A stretch of 63,373 nt of DNA, the filler included, from Chiloscyllium plagiosum (Eukaryota): assembly GCF_004010195.1 (NCBI RefSeq). It is 4 parts of one record of this genome, joined end to end, with 100 filler letters (N's around TTAATTAATTAA, not from the genome) between each part and the next. Parts side by side here need not be neighbours in the genome. Positions count along the whole stretch, not along the records: positions 1 to 24,612 come from NC_057710.1; positions 24,713 to 45,579 come from NC_057710.1; 2 more parts are not named here. One strand, 5' to 3'. Of this stretch, positions 12,791 to 26,079 are shown piece after piece; within the stretch, counting starts at the first letter, position 1, and the number at the start of each line of letters is the position of its first letter. Under the pieces are notes generated by a model. It worked only from the letters and a program-made list of their open reading frames with translations. It did not search any database and had not been told where the DNA came from. The translations under genes and the position numbers were made by a program.

Positions 12791-13459
12791 TGCAGGAGTG
12801 AGCTGGCAGGCAGCGGTTGGTTGTGAGGGGTGTAGTATTAGATAACATGTCAGCAGGGGCATGCCCATAGCTTACCAACTTCCACTTAGATTTTTTTTAA
12901 TTTTATTAAACAAATTACAAAACAGTTTACAAAAAACATTTACAGCTGTACACAAGAGACAGCAATTTTACAAGGGAGAGGAGCAGCAAAGCTAGGCCCC
13001 AAATCCTACTGTTCAATCATTTTACAGGGAGATGAGGACAAACCTCAAATCCCTGCCTTTAAGCCAATTAAGGCTTTTAGTGGCCAATTAATGGCCACAT
13101 AAGGATCTTCCAGCACTTTTACACAGCAGTTGGTGTTAGCAATCTGTCAAGGTGAAAGCTGGTTGCCTTTTCACAGTGGGGAGGGGGGACGATGTATCCT
13201 TCTTGTTAGGCACTCTGTGCTCAATGAAAACCACCCCACCACAGTACCTCATTTCCCTATCACTTGTTCCTCACATACCCTCCTAAAGCCATTCAATTAA
13301 TTCCTTGTTGGTGTTGCCAACCTGGACACAGCAAATCAAAGACTTACGGCTCTGGTTCTGGCACTGTTACCTTGGTGTTAGAGACTGCCTATAGTCCCAG
13401 ACGTGTCTGCTGCTGCCAGTAATGCTGCTGGGACTAGAGAGCTGCTATTCTGTTTGATT

Positions 13460-14303
13460 AGAGTCATAGAGTCAAAGAGTCATAGAGACATACAGCATGG
13501 AAACAGACCCTTCGGTCCAACCAATCCATGCCGACCAGATATCCCAACCCAATCTAGTCCCACCTGCCAGCACCCGGCCCATATCCCTCCAAACCCTTTT
13601 CTATTCATATAACAATCCAAAAGCCTCTTAAATGTTGCAATTGTACCAGCCTCCACCACATCCTCTGGCAGCTCATTCCATACCTGTACAATGCTCTGTG
13701 TGAAAATGTTGCCCCATAGGTCTCTTTTATATCTTTCCCCTCTCACCCTAAACCTATGCCCTCTAGTTCTGGACTCCCCGACCCCAGGGAAAAAACTTTG
13801 CCTATTTATCCTATTTGTACCCCTCATAATTTTGTAAACCTCTATAAGGTCACCACTTAGCCTCCGACACTCCAGGGAAAACAGCCCCAGCTTGTTCAGC
13901 ATCTCCCTATAGCTCAAATCCTCAAACCCTGGCAACATCCTTTTAATCTTTTCTGAACCCTTTCAAGTTTCACAACATCTTTCTGATAGGAAGGAGACCA
14001 GAATTGCACACAGTATTCCAACAGTGGCCTAACTAATGTCCTGTACAGCTGCAATATGACCTCCCGACTCCTGTATTCAATACTCTGACCAATAAAGGAA
14101 AGCATACCAAATGCCTTCTTCACTATCCTATCTACCTGCGATTCCATTTTCAAGGAGCTATGAACCTGCACTCCAAGGTCTCTTTGTTCAGCAACACTCC
14201 CTAGGACCTTACCATTAAGTGTATAAGTCCTGCTAAGATTTGCCTTCCCCAAATGCAGCACCTGGCATTTATCTGATTTAAACTCCATCTGCCATTTCTC
14301 AGC
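13460..14303 (-). mobile_element. Relatively young CR1 (HER1-like) LINE, 3' ~850 bp
   Basis: Two overlapping ORFs (13914-14288, 13480-13938) with one frameshift; LVRPLLEYCVQFWSP; (ACTCTATG)n tail. Confidence 0.95.
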
Positions 14304-14439
14304 AGGATTTCTTCGCAGTTAGGGGTGGAAAATGCACCTGGGTTAGTAACAGCCACCTAATCTCTGCAGATTGACTTGGGCAAATGGAAATTGGTTCACC
14401 CCCTATCTTTTAGTCAGGGGTGCAAGACCTGTGCATAAG

Positions 14440-16490
14440 TTTTTGGATGGTGAAAAATTGATAAAGCAAAGCTGTTAGAAAGGTTAGGTGTACATAAAGT
14501 TAATAAATCATCATGACCCAATGAAATGCATACCACAAAACCGTAAGTCATAGGAGCTGAAGTAGGCCGTTCAGTCCATTAAGTCTGCTAAGTCAATCAG
14601 TGATCATGGCTGATCTGATAATCCTCAACTTCAGCTTCTTGCCTTTTTCCTTGGTTCCCTTACTGATTAAAAATCTGTCAATCTCAGCCCTTACTGACCC
14701 AGCCTGAACAGCCTTCTGACAAAAGGAATTCCATAGTTTCACTATCCTCAGAGGGAAGGAATTTCTCCTCATCTCTCTCTTAAATATGTGACTCTTTATT
14801 CTGAGATTATACCCTTATGTCAGTTTGTTACGGGAAGTAAAATTGCAAATTATAGTGACAGTGAATATAATTTACCAATTCTCCTTCAATACAGGACTAG
14901 TGTCAGAGGATTGGAGAGTTGAAAATATCATAGCATTGTCCAATAAAGGATATGAGGATATATACAATAGCTACAAGCCAGTTAGTTTAACCTTGGTGGT
15001 AAAAAGCGTCTTCCCCAGAAATAACAATCCAGGACTAATTAACAGTCACTTTGACAAACCGGATTGAATTAAGGGAATCCATGGTGGATTTGTTAACTTC
15101 ACATTGTGTTTCATTGATGTAATTGACTTCTGAGGTCAACTGTTCCCATTCCCTTGGGAGGGAATGCCATGGGTCCCTTAGAAACATTGCTTCTCTCATC
15201 CTCCTGCACTAAGTTTCCAGCGCAATGTTAGAGAATTGTGGAGCCCTCTCTCACACTGTTGTCTGATGTGATGCCATTTCCTTCCCTCAACACTATTGTA
15301 ATATGAGTGCACATCCACTTTAAGGTCAGGAAGTTGCCTGTAAGAATACCAGCAAGTTGTTTGTCGCATTAGCCATGCAAGTTCCTGCACCTTATTCAAT
15401 ATACAGCCACTCAGCAGTGCATTATGCATGATAATGATTCCTGGGAGTGGGAGTAAATGCCACAATTGGCGTACTACATTGGTTGCCATGCATGCAACAC
15501 TGGAGTGGTTACACATACATGCTATTTAAAGGGAATATTGCTTGTCAGCAAACATTGTCTTGTCTATAACCCACAGAAAGTGGATTTTATCTTTTTATGG
15601 TTCATGCACAAGGATCATTCTGTGCCTTAGCTTTCTGCAGTCTTTCCCCTTCTACATAATATACAGCACCTTTATTCTTCTTGCTAAACTTCATAAACTC
15701 ACATTCTCCCACATTATATTCCATCTGCAAAAGGTTTTTGCCCACTCATTTAACCCATCTATATCCATCTGCAGACACCTTGTGTAATCCATTCTACTTA
15801 CCTCCCACCTATTTGTTTGTTTGTTTGTCATCTTCAAACTTGGTGATTCACTTCCATCATCCAAATCATTAATGTATATTGTAATTAGTTGTGGTCTCAA
15901 CACAGATTCTTATGGCTCCACTCTTGTTACAGGTTGCCATCCTGAAAAGCAATTCCCTTTCCTCCATTTATCTAAACTCCCTACTTTCTATTAGTTAGGA
16001 TGTTCTCTATCCAGGTGAACATACTACTCCCAAATCATTAGCTTTCATCTTCTGTGCTGCACCTTTAATGAATGACATTGGGAAATTAAAATATCAACAT
16101 CTACTGGTTCCCCTTTATCTATTATGCATGTTACCTCATCAAAGAATTCCAGTCAGACATGAATTTCCATTTATGAAGTCATGCTGACTATGCTTGACTA
16201 TATTGTGTTTCTAAATTTTCTGCTATTTTATGCTTTATAATTAGCTCTAATATTGTCCCAATGACTGATGTTAAGTTAACAGACCTATAGTTAACATCTT
16301 TTGTCTCCCTCCCTTTTTGAAAGATAATTTGTAATTTTTTAATCCTGTGGGATATTTCCAGAATGTAAGAAATCAGTGCATCCATTATTTCTGTAGCTAC
16401 TTCCTTTAAAATCCTATGGTTGAGTCCCATTAGGTCCAGGGGACTTAATGGCCTTTCGCCCTATTAATTTCCCTTGTAGTTTTTCTCTAG
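14440..16490. mobile_element. Cluster of old CR1 fragments (+ 14440-15125 with a - insert at 14548-14820; - 15560-16490)
   Basis: EDWRVENI..YKPVSLT; LRPQLITIYINDLD; NYRSVNLTSV. Confidence 0.7.
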
Positions 16491-17511
16491 TTATACGTAT
16501 TGTGTTAATCTCCTGCTCTTTTAGCCCCTTCATTTTTGTAATGCTATTGGTATGCTGTACCATGAAGACAAGTGGAGCTGTCCTTACCTATTAATTTACA
16601 GAATCAAGCTAGATTCTCATCTCAGGGACTTCATCTTAACTCCAGTTAGTGCAAACAGTAAGCCACTGGGAATTCATTCTTCCTTTTTTTGTGATGTGAA
16701 CGAAAGAGAAATCAGGCCTGGAACACCTCAAAAAAACACACAAAACAATTTTTGGACTTTCTAATGTACACACAATTTTGTTTTTGTGATTACCTTTTTT
16801 TGTATGTTTGTGCCTTTTTATGCATGCCTCAGTAGGTGCTGTTGTGATTACATTTCAATAAGTATTGACAAGTAAGTAATTATTCTCAAATTTTTAAAAA
16901 CTAATGAGAAAAGCCATCTTGTATCATTTGATGAAAATTACAGAATTCTAGGCGTTCAAACACTCCACCTTCTTTAGACACATTTTATTGTAGTTATTAA
17001 AGAGGTGGAAGAAGGGGTTCTGTCATCTCTCCCCTGTCCTGTAGAGACCATGCTATGCTGCTGATAGGTAGCTGGTGAAGGAAGAAATTAAAGCCAACTT
17101 TTACTTGGAATAGATTAATTCAAAGGGTAACCATCCAATCAATACACTATACCCCCACACCCCAAAAATATGTACTTTATTCTCACCTCAAAACACACAT
17201 TGGTTGTTTTGTCCATCATTTCCTTCTCAAGAGCAACCACACAATAAATACTGGCCCAGTCAGTTACACCTAAATTGTATTGACAAATTTTAAAAAAAGG
17301 GCCCTGGTAATCTAATGAGTGAAATGGCACTGGTGCCTCATCGCCACACTTTTCAAGCATTGCTAATGGGTAATAGGAGCAAAATGCTACACCACAGGAA
17401 CCTAATTGCGCAAATTGTCATCTGTTTCCCTCTCAGTAATCCAATCAGCCAACAAAATCTTCCAAATCCTTTCATTTGGCTGAACCCGTGACCTCAATCT
17501 AGCCTCCCACC

Positions 17512-17737
17512 TTTTGTGCTTGTAATACGGTCAGCCAGGTGGATGTCATAGAATTTGAATTCCCTGTTAACTGGGTCTAATCAGGGAACCCTGGCTGGCA
17601 GATATAGACAGGAGTGTCAGAGGTTCTATTCACTCTGGGACCTGGCTCTGAGGGAGCTGGATCAATGTCAAGGGCTCTCCACATGTAAATAAAGGGTGAC
17701 TTGGTGACGGGATACCAGTCTCTGTGTAGTTATTTCA
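17512..17737 (+). repeat. Gypsy 5' LTR
   Basis: Aligns by eye with 21828-22038 plus 23929-23988; contains AATAAA. Confidence 0.85.
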
Positions 17738-19460
17738 GTGGGGATGAGAGAAAAGCACACTCCTAAATAAATTTGCTCACAACAGTTGTCTTTGAGTTGG
17801 GAATAAGAATTTCTGGCATCATGCTGTTATTTGGGAAGCTTGACTCGTCCAATCCTCCCATCAAAGACTGGGCCAGTATGTTAAATGAATGTGTTATTTT
17901 TTTCCAGGCAAATGACATTGAGGCAGATGGAAAGCAATGAGTTATTCTCCTGGCAGCTCATGGACCCACAGCTTTTTTAGTTATTAGGAGCCTGACTTCC
18001 CCTGAGGCATCAAATACCTTTTAAGAGTTGACAGATTTAGTTAAAGGACATAACAACCTGAAACCTCCTCTAATTCTGAGATGCTATCAGTTTTATTTGA
18101 AAATTCAACAATCAGGGGAAGCCGTATCAGAATTTTTGACAAGGTTAAGATGACTGGCAGAGGCATATTGTGGCTTTGGTTTAACTCTGAATGAGATGCT
18201 GAAAGACCATTTGATATATGGGTTTAATTACATAACCATGCAAAAGCACCTACTAACTGAAGCCCAACTAGACTTCAAACAGGCTGTATCATTGGAAAAT
18301 GCAGCAAGTGCAGCATATGAGTTACAGGGCATTCCAATGGAAATGGATACCCTCACCAGTCCAACTAAGTTAGGGGAACACCACTTGAGTGAAGGCAATT
18401 GCATATCCTCACTCAGGACCTATCCTGAACAAACATACTCCAGGTTAGTTCACAGTAAACCTCAAAACAAAGCCAAACCTTGGTTAAATGGTTAAAGTTT
18501 TCTTCAGGATCTGGACTGGCCAGCCATTGTAGTTGCTGCTGGTATGTGGACTCAAGTTATCAAAGTAGTCCCACTGGACCTAAATTGAGTAAGAGCACTC
18601 CTAGGCCGGTGTCCAGCAAAGTACACACCCTGGAAAGTCCACCTAAATCTGTTTTGGAACAGTTAAGTTACTCAGCAACATTCAAATGAGAACCAATCAA
18701 AATAAATGTCTGGTTAAATGGTCACCGGGTTCTAATCTGGGTTGATGCCAGTACAGCTGTATCAGTGATCACAGAACAAGACTTTAACAAAACTAGCTCA
18801 GGACTCCAGCTCTTAATTTTGCTCAAGACCCTGGTTAGACTTAGAAACTGTACTGGGGAACTTCCACACATTGGGTCTGGTCTTCTAAGAGAAGCAGTTA
18901 GTTTAGTTACCACTGATTGTAGTAAAAGACTCAGCCCCAAGCTTGATGGGCTGAAATTGGTTGCGAAAAATTCATCTGGATTGGTTCAACATTTTTCAAT
19001 TAGAAAATGAATGAAATCTTAATCAAATACATGGATGTTATTTACAAGGGTCTGGGCACTATCAAAGGAGCCAAAGCCACCTTTCAAGTTGACCAGGAGG
19101 GAATTCCCTCTCTCTGCAAGGCCTACTCAGTGTCATTTGCTTTATGAATAAAAGTAGAGGCAGAGATCAGAAGACTAGAAGGCAAAGAAATCATCAAACC
19201 TATCCAGTTTGTGGAATGAGTAGCACCATTTACATCTATTGTGACGCCCGACAGGTTGGTTTGCCTTTATGGGAATTTTAAACAAATGGTAAACAGTTTT
19301 TTGCAGCTGGATAAACTCAATCTCTCGCACAGAGGATTTATATGTACTGCTGGTGGGGTGTTGTCCTTCATGAAGCTGGACATAAGCCATGCAAATCCAT
19401 AATTGCAGTTAGATGAGGATTCCCAGAACTATGCTTTAATCAATACCCATAAGAGTTTGT

Positions 19461-19582
19461 GAGAAAGTGAGGGCTGCAGATGCTGGAGATCAGAGCTGAA
19501 AATGTGTTGCTGGAAAAGCGCAGCAGGTCAGGCAGCATCCAAGGAGCAGGAGAATCGGCGTTTCGGGCATAAGCCCTTCTTG
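19461..19582 (-). mobile_element. 122-bp Penelope-like mini element with a 5'-clipped hammerhead
   Basis: Perfect 13-bp TSD CATAAGAGTTTGT (19448-19460 / 19583-19595), inside the Gypsy RT. Confidence 0.9.
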
Positions 19583-19874
19583 CATAAGAGTTTGTACCAA
19601 CATACGAGACTGCCATTTGGGATATTGTCAGTTTGTACAATTTTTCAGTGTAGATGACATGCTAATGATAGAGATGACAAATAAGGTGCACTTATAGAAC
19701 AAATAAGGAGTATTTAGAGAACTCAGACATAGTCCTTACACATTTCTCCCAGGTCAGTGTACACCTTAGAAGGAAAAAAATGTGTGTTTCAGACATCTCC
19801 AAGAAACCTATTTGGGCTACAGCGTTGACAAGACTGGGTTACACCCATTGGAAGATAAAGTGATGGCAATCCGC

Positions 19875-20131
19875 AAGACCATAACACATAGGAGCAGAAG
19901 TTAAGCCATTCAGCCCATTGAGTCTGCTCCACCATTCAATCATAGTTGATAAGTTTCCCAATCCCATTCTCCCACTTTCTCCCCATAACCCTTGATCCCT
20001 TTGACACTCAACAATGTATCTATTTCAGTCTTGAATACACTTAATGATCTGGCCTACACAGCCTTCTGCAGCAATGAATTCCATAGATTCACCAATCTCT
20101 GGCTGAAGGAGTTTCTCTTTATCTCCATTCT
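19875..20131 (-). mobile_element. CR1 3' end inserted in Gypsy pol
   Basis: CATAGGAGCAGAAGTTAAGCCATTCAGCCC tail. Confidence 0.8.
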
Positions 20132-21827
20132 CCGTTCTAATCAAAGGTCCTCTAGCTCCCATGCCTATACCAGAGCTCCCATGCCTGTAAGGTGTTTGCA
20201 CACTATGAACCCATGCGAGATCTGGTATTGACGTGTGATGCCTCTCTGTATGGCATCAGTGTAGTATTAGTTCATAGGTGGTCCAATGAGAGGAACACCC
20301 AATATTCTGTGAATCCAGGACTTTGGTAATGCAGAGCGTAAATATACCCAGATGGAGAAAGAAGGTTTGGCAGTCATATTTGGAGTCAAGACATTCCAAC
20401 AATACCTTTAACAACATAAATTCGTAATAATAATGGACCACACATCCCTGTTTACTTGAAGGAGTGCCACCCACAGCTCCAGGCTGAATTCAGTGGTGGG
20501 CTCTAAAACCAAGTACATATAATTACAAGTTGGAACACCATCCAGGAGACCAAGTAACAAATGTGGCTGCATTGAGTGGCCTCCCGCTGGCAGATACACC
20601 ACCACTGGAAGGGTCCATAATGGTTTTCATTTTTCTGGACACATTTCCAGTCACAGCTGTCAATACCTTTGAAGCTGAAAGATCTGGTTCTGACAAAACT
20701 AATACAGTTGGTGGTGATGGAAGAAACGAAAGGGGTGTCACCATCAGAGTTGAAACCTTTTGGAACCTGGACAGACCAGATCACTGTAGAGGACAGCATA
20801 TTATTATGGGGGGGCAAGAATGATTGTCCTGAGCAAATATCGCCACCTGATTCTGGCTGAACTCCACCAGGGTCATATAAGGGTTTCCAAAATGAACATG
20901 TTGGTGCGATGTTATTTCTTGTGGTCACAATTGGGTGTGAACATAGCCGTGTTGGTGGGACAGAGCCCAGAATGCCAACAAGTTCAAAGATTACCACCAG
21001 CTGATCCCCCACATTAATGGGAATAGCCGGGTAAACCCTGGACTCTATTACACGTTGACTGTGCAGGTCCTTTCAATGGCTCGATGTTCTTAGTCATTGT
21101 GGATGCCCACTCAATTGAAGGCAGAATGAAAGAAGCAGCCTACAGCTTCACTCGATGCCAAACTATCCTGGTTCCTGTTTGATTACAGGACCACTCCTCA
21201 TGCAACTACAGGGATAGTTCCAGCAGAGTTTCTGATGGAACTATCCCTGCATCAGGTTAAACCTGGTATTCCCGGACCTGGGGGGAGGGTGAAACGGAAT
21301 CAGGAATGCCAGTGCTGGACATTAGACTTCACTAAGCGAGGGCGATAGTTTACTTCAGGGGATGAAGTTTGGCATAGGAACAACATGCATAGTCTTGCAT
21401 GTGTAAAAGGCATAGTCAATGTGAGGTCAGGTCCTGTGATATATGAAGTTCGAGTAGGAGTAACGGTTCTGAACAAGCTCATAGACCATATGGAAGCTGC
21501 AAACTCACAAACAGTGCCAGAGCAAAATGTGTCCTCCACTTCGACAGCCTTTCTGACTGTTACAGAGCCTGTGGGTCTCCCTCTCCATCAAGTGTTGAAG
21601 ATACCTCGGAATCTGAGATGGACGCAGTAGACGTCGCTGCCTCGATACCTTTGCTGCCTGAAGAGGAGAATGATTTTCTTCCAAGACACTTCCGCCACAT
21701 GAGGTAAGCTGCTGTGTGTTACACGTCACCCCTATCAGAGGCAGAGTTGGAGGAACCTGACTCAGTACTAAAACACTCCAGGAGGAACTACAAAAAAAAA
21801 TCGCTTCTATCCTCAAATGGCATGGGC

Positions 21828-23988
21828 TGTAGTGATTGTAACCAGGTCAGAGTCAAGAGTTAGGTGCTGGAAGAGCACAGCAGGTCAGCTAGATGGACTT
21901 CACAGAATATGAGTTCCCTGACTGGGGCTGTTAATCTGGTGTAATCAGGGAGCGCTGGCACAGATCAGAACAGGAGTGTTAGACATTCTGTTCACTCTGC
22001 GAGCTAACTCTGATGGAGCCGGGTGAGTGTCAAGGAGTGTTGAGCTAAACACCAGGTCTGAGGCCTTCAGATCAGGAGACCCACTCAAATATAAGGAATC
22101 CAAGTATGACTGTCACAGAGTCATTAAGACAGCCAAGGAACAATACTGATCCAAAATAGAGACCCAGCCAGACACCCAGTGACTATGGCAAGGACTGAAT
22201 GACATCACATGTTCTCAGAAGAAACAATGCAAGATAGCAAACGATGACACATCCCTCCCAGATTGTCTCAACCCCTTCTTTGCTCGCTTTGAGCAGAATT
22301 TCAGCGGAAAAGTAACATCTATTCTGACAAGTCCTGATGAACCTATCCCAACAGTCACTGCATCAGCGGTCAGATCAGTTTCCCTTCGTGTGAATCCAAG
22401 GAAAGTGATGGGACCAGATGGAGTATCAGACCGTGCACTCAGGTATGCACAGATCAACTGGCAGAGGTCTGCTCTACTATCTTCAACCTCTCCCTGCAGT
22501 AGGCCACTGTCCCTGCCTGTTTCAAGAGGGCCAACATCATCCCTGTGCCTAAGGCGGCTCATGCAGCCCAGTGGCCCTAACTTTGCTGGTCATGAAGTGC
22601 TTTGAAAGGTTGGTCATGGCATTAATCAACTCCAGCTGCCCCACTACTCTTCACCAATTTCAATTTGCCTATTGGACCAACACATCCATGTCAGATGACA
22701 TAACACCTGCCCTTCACTCCTCCTTAGAACATCTTGACACCAAGGACATCTGTGTAAGAATCCTACTCATTGACTGCAGATCAGCCTTCAACACTATTAT
22801 CCCCTTGAGACTGATTACTAAACTTAGTAATCTCAGACTAAGCCTCACTCTCTGCAACTGGATCCTCAGTTTCCTGACCCACAGGCCACAATCAGTGAAG
22901 GTTGGGGACAATATTTCATTCTCACCAACACAACACTGGAGCCGCCCAGGGGTGCATACTCAGCCCCCTACTGTACTCACTGTATATCGATGACTGCATC
23001 GCCAAATACCAAACTAATGCCATTTACAGGTTTGCTGATGATACCACCATAGTCGGTTGAATCTCAGATGGCTATGAAACAGATTACAGGTGGAAAGTGG
23101 AAGACCTGGAAAAAATGGTGCACTGAGAACAACCTAGCTCTCAATGCCAGCAAAACCAAGGAACTCATTATTGACTTTCCTCAGGATGTTACCCATGCCT
23201 CCCTACACATTAACAGCATAGAGGTGGAACAAGTGGAGAGTGTCAAGATCCTGGGAGTGGTCATTCACAACAAGCTTTCTTGGACTCTTCATGTGGACTC
23301 ACTGGTTACAAAGGCCCAACAACATTTCTTTTTCCTCAGGCAGCTGAGGAAATTTGTCACGACAGCGAATACCCTTGCCAACTTTTATAGGTGTGCCATC
23401 GAGAGCATTCTGTCTGGATGTATCACTACCTGGTATGGCAACTGTACCATTCAAGATCGGAGACGGTTACAGAGAGTGACGAACTCGGCCCAGACAATCA
23501 CAAAGGCCAACCTCCCATCTATAGAATCCATCTACCAGGCCCACTGTCAAGGAAAGGCCACCAGCATTCTTAAAGATCCATCCCACCCTAACAATGTTTT
23601 TCTACATTCTCTACCAACGAGCAGAAGGCACAGAGGCCTGACCACACGGACCAGCCGGTTTCAAAACAGTTTCTACCCGACTGTTGATAGAATACTGAAT
23701 GGACTCTCAAACTCTTAACATTCGCCTGTAGCTGTGTTTTTGGTTTTGCTGCTGTTTACCTATTATTTACTTACCTATGCTACTTAACTCTGTGATCTGC
23801 CTGTATTGCTCACAAGGCAAAGCTTTTCACTGTGCCTCGGTACACATTTCCGCTCTGTTCTGTTCCGTTCCATTCTGCTCTGCTCTGATCCATTTCACTC
23901 CACCCCACTCCACTCCACCCCACTCCACTTCACGTGTAAAGTAAGTGTGACTTGACGATGGGATACTGGCTCCTGTGAAGTTATTTCA
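21828..23988 (+). repeat. Gypsy 3' LTR, split by a Rex1-like LINE and a short Penelope fragment (~21851-21887)
   Basis: Starts TGTAGTGATTGTAA, breaks after GTCAAGGAGT, resumes at CTTCACGTGTAAA. Confidence 0.8.
22039..23928 (+). mobile_element. 5'-truncated Rex1/Babar-like LINE (RT)
   Basis: GPDG, ALTLLVMKCFERLV, DCRSAFNT, QGCILSP, FADDTTIVG, SKTKELIIDF, FYRCAIESILSGCITTWYG; pentamer microsatellite tail at 23847-23928. Confidence 0.9.
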
Positions 23989-24288
23989 ATCACATACCCC
24001 CACCTCCCCCGACCCCCCGTTCTGATTTCTTTCTCACAATCCGGTGACTTCTCATTGCTGTGATCAATCCCTCCATCCTCTGCACTTCTAAGCTGTGGCC
24101 CTGTACAGCAGATATTTCCAGCTTGCAGCTAACCTTTCAATCAGCCTGGGCCATTAAGCTGGAAAGTGATCCTGCCATTAAATTCAGCTGAATGGCTACC
24201 TTTCTTATAGCCCCAGGTTCCTTAGTCAACTACCTGCTTCTGTTCTCATCTCACTCTCAGTAGTGGGGCCATTTAAATCCAGCATCTA

Positions 24289-24845
24289 GAACATAGAACA
24301 TAGAAGAATACAGCGCAGTACAGGCCCTTTGGCCCTCGATGTTGCGCCGATCCAAGCCCACCTAACCTACACTAGCCCACTATCCTCCATAAGCCTATCC
24401 AATGCCCGTTTAAATGCCCATAAAGAGGGAGAGTCCACCACTGCTACTGAACATAATGCCCATAATGAAGGAGAGTCCACCACTGCTACTGGCAGGGCAT
24501 TCCATGAACTCACGACTCGCTGAGTAAAGAATCTACCCCTAACATCTGTCCTATACCTACCACCCCTTAATTTAAAGCTATGCCCCCTTGTAATAGCTAA
24601 CTCCATACGTGGNNNNNNNNNNNNNNNNNNNNNNNNNNNNNNNNNNNNNNNNNNNNTTAATTAATTAANNNNNNNNNNNNNNNNNNNNNNNNNNNNNNNN
24701 NNNNNNNNNNNNGCATCATAATTTCCCTGCCCCCAGCTATAACTCTTGCCCTGTAGTGCACTCTTATCCCTCTCCATCACTAGAGTAAAAGTCACCGAAT
24801 TGTGGTCACTGTCCCCAAAGTGCTCACCTACCTCTAATTCTAACA
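24289..24845 (-). mobile_element. Young CR1 LINE (3' tail plus endonuclease end) spanning an assembly gap
   Basis: (AGAACAT)n tail, FFTQRVVSSWNALP; after the gap EHFGDSDHNSV. Confidence 0.9.
24613..24712. other. Assembly gap with artificial linker N44-TTAATTAATTAA-N44
   Basis: Exactly 100 bp; identical structure at 45580-45679 and 60260-60359. Confidence 0.95.
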
Positions 24846-26079
24846 TCTCTGTATCATCCTCTGGTCTGTCCTGCAATGCCAGGCACTTAATGGTTGGAGC
24901 ACACAGGAGATGTGCTGTTCCTGCTAAGGTCAGTGCTCTCAAATTTCCTTTATTTGAAGACCTAGCAGGCATTGGCCTCAAGGGACATAAATAAGAACAA
25001 ACTGGCAATTAGGAACTTTGCATATTCCCCAATTTCAGCAAGATTGAAAGCTATCCTTCACTATATAACATTTGGAAAGACGTTCCCATAAATTCTGTGC
25101 AGACAAATGAGAGGATGAACCAGTTGGTTTTCAGGATATTAATAATTTCCCTTTTCCACTTCAGCTAGATAAATAAACACCTCAACTGCATAAGTTAATC
25201 TTTATGTGAACTATGATTCCCTTCAAATTCTCACTGCAAAAAATTTAAAGCAGGTATAATCATCTCGGCATGTGGGCTGTAGTCAATTTCTCTGCAAAGG
25301 AAGAATTGGCACTTGAATGTTTTCTTGTCTGACCTACCTCAGGAAATGTTTAAAGAGCACAGTATAACTTGTTTTTGTAAACATTTGAAATAAAACAAGC
25401 TCATAATTATTGCAACAATAATAAGAAGAATGGGGATAACAGAGAGAATCGTTGAAATTCAAACTTTCATATAGTGAAACACAAGTATTGGCTCCCAAGA
25501 AATTTTAAAATTATTTGAAGAATATTATAGTTATGTTTTCAACATAAAACAATGGTTTCTTAAAATTTAAAGTCACAAATCACTGATTCACGCTATTTAA
25601 CAAATGACTAATTTAACAAATCAGTGTAAATTTGCATAAAAGAGAATGTGCTGCAGTGTGGCTCTTGAATGTGATAAAAAAAGTGCATGTGTCGGTATGA
25701 ATTTATTATAATAATTGACAGATGGTACAGGCAGTTGTAATATTAATAAGACAAGCAGTCCAAATATGGCTTTGCTTTGGGAATTGGTCTATTTCTCAAA
25801 CTGTTAGTCAACTAAACCCTAATATCAAAGCTGAGAGCTGTATGATACCTTCAGGCATAAATTCTTGCTATATGGGAATAAACAAAAGGTGATTTTTGTC
25901 TGAACCTGTAATAGGCATTGGGCCGTTTGTAAATACAATCAATACCCATTTGGCATCCCGTTCTGTAATTAGTTTGACCTGAACAAGTCAACAACATTCG
26001 CAATATAAGAATGGAAAATTGTGGTTGAGGTTTTTGAAAGTTATTGAACCCAAGGGGAGTTCAATGCACAATACTGTGT

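Larger units (their letters stand above)
17821..21520 (+). pseudogene. Gypsy gag-pol pseudogene (many stops and frameshifts, integrase core deleted)
   Basis: MLLFGKLDS (gag start); VDASTAVSVI (protease); KLDISHA and VDDML (RT); CDASLYGI..EKEGLAVIFGV (RNase H); LHQGH..ECQQ and HVDCAGPF..VDAHS (integrase). Confidence 0.85.
17512..23988 (+). mobile_element. Near-complete decayed Gypsy (K02A2.6-like) LTR retrotransposon with nested insertions
   Basis: Two homologous LTRs ending GTTATTTCA (17737, 23988); PBS-like GTGGGGATGAG; domain order gag-PR-RT-RNaseH-IN. Confidence 0.9.

Noticed and set aside
23068..23718. Longest ORF (216 aa) as a host gene
   Set aside because: It is the C-terminal RT region of a frameshifted Rex1-like LINE.
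24657..24668. TTAATTAATTAA palindrome, also at 45624-45635 and 60304-60315
   Set aside because: Centred in identical N44/N44 padding and gives stop codons in all six frames: an assembly linker, not biology.
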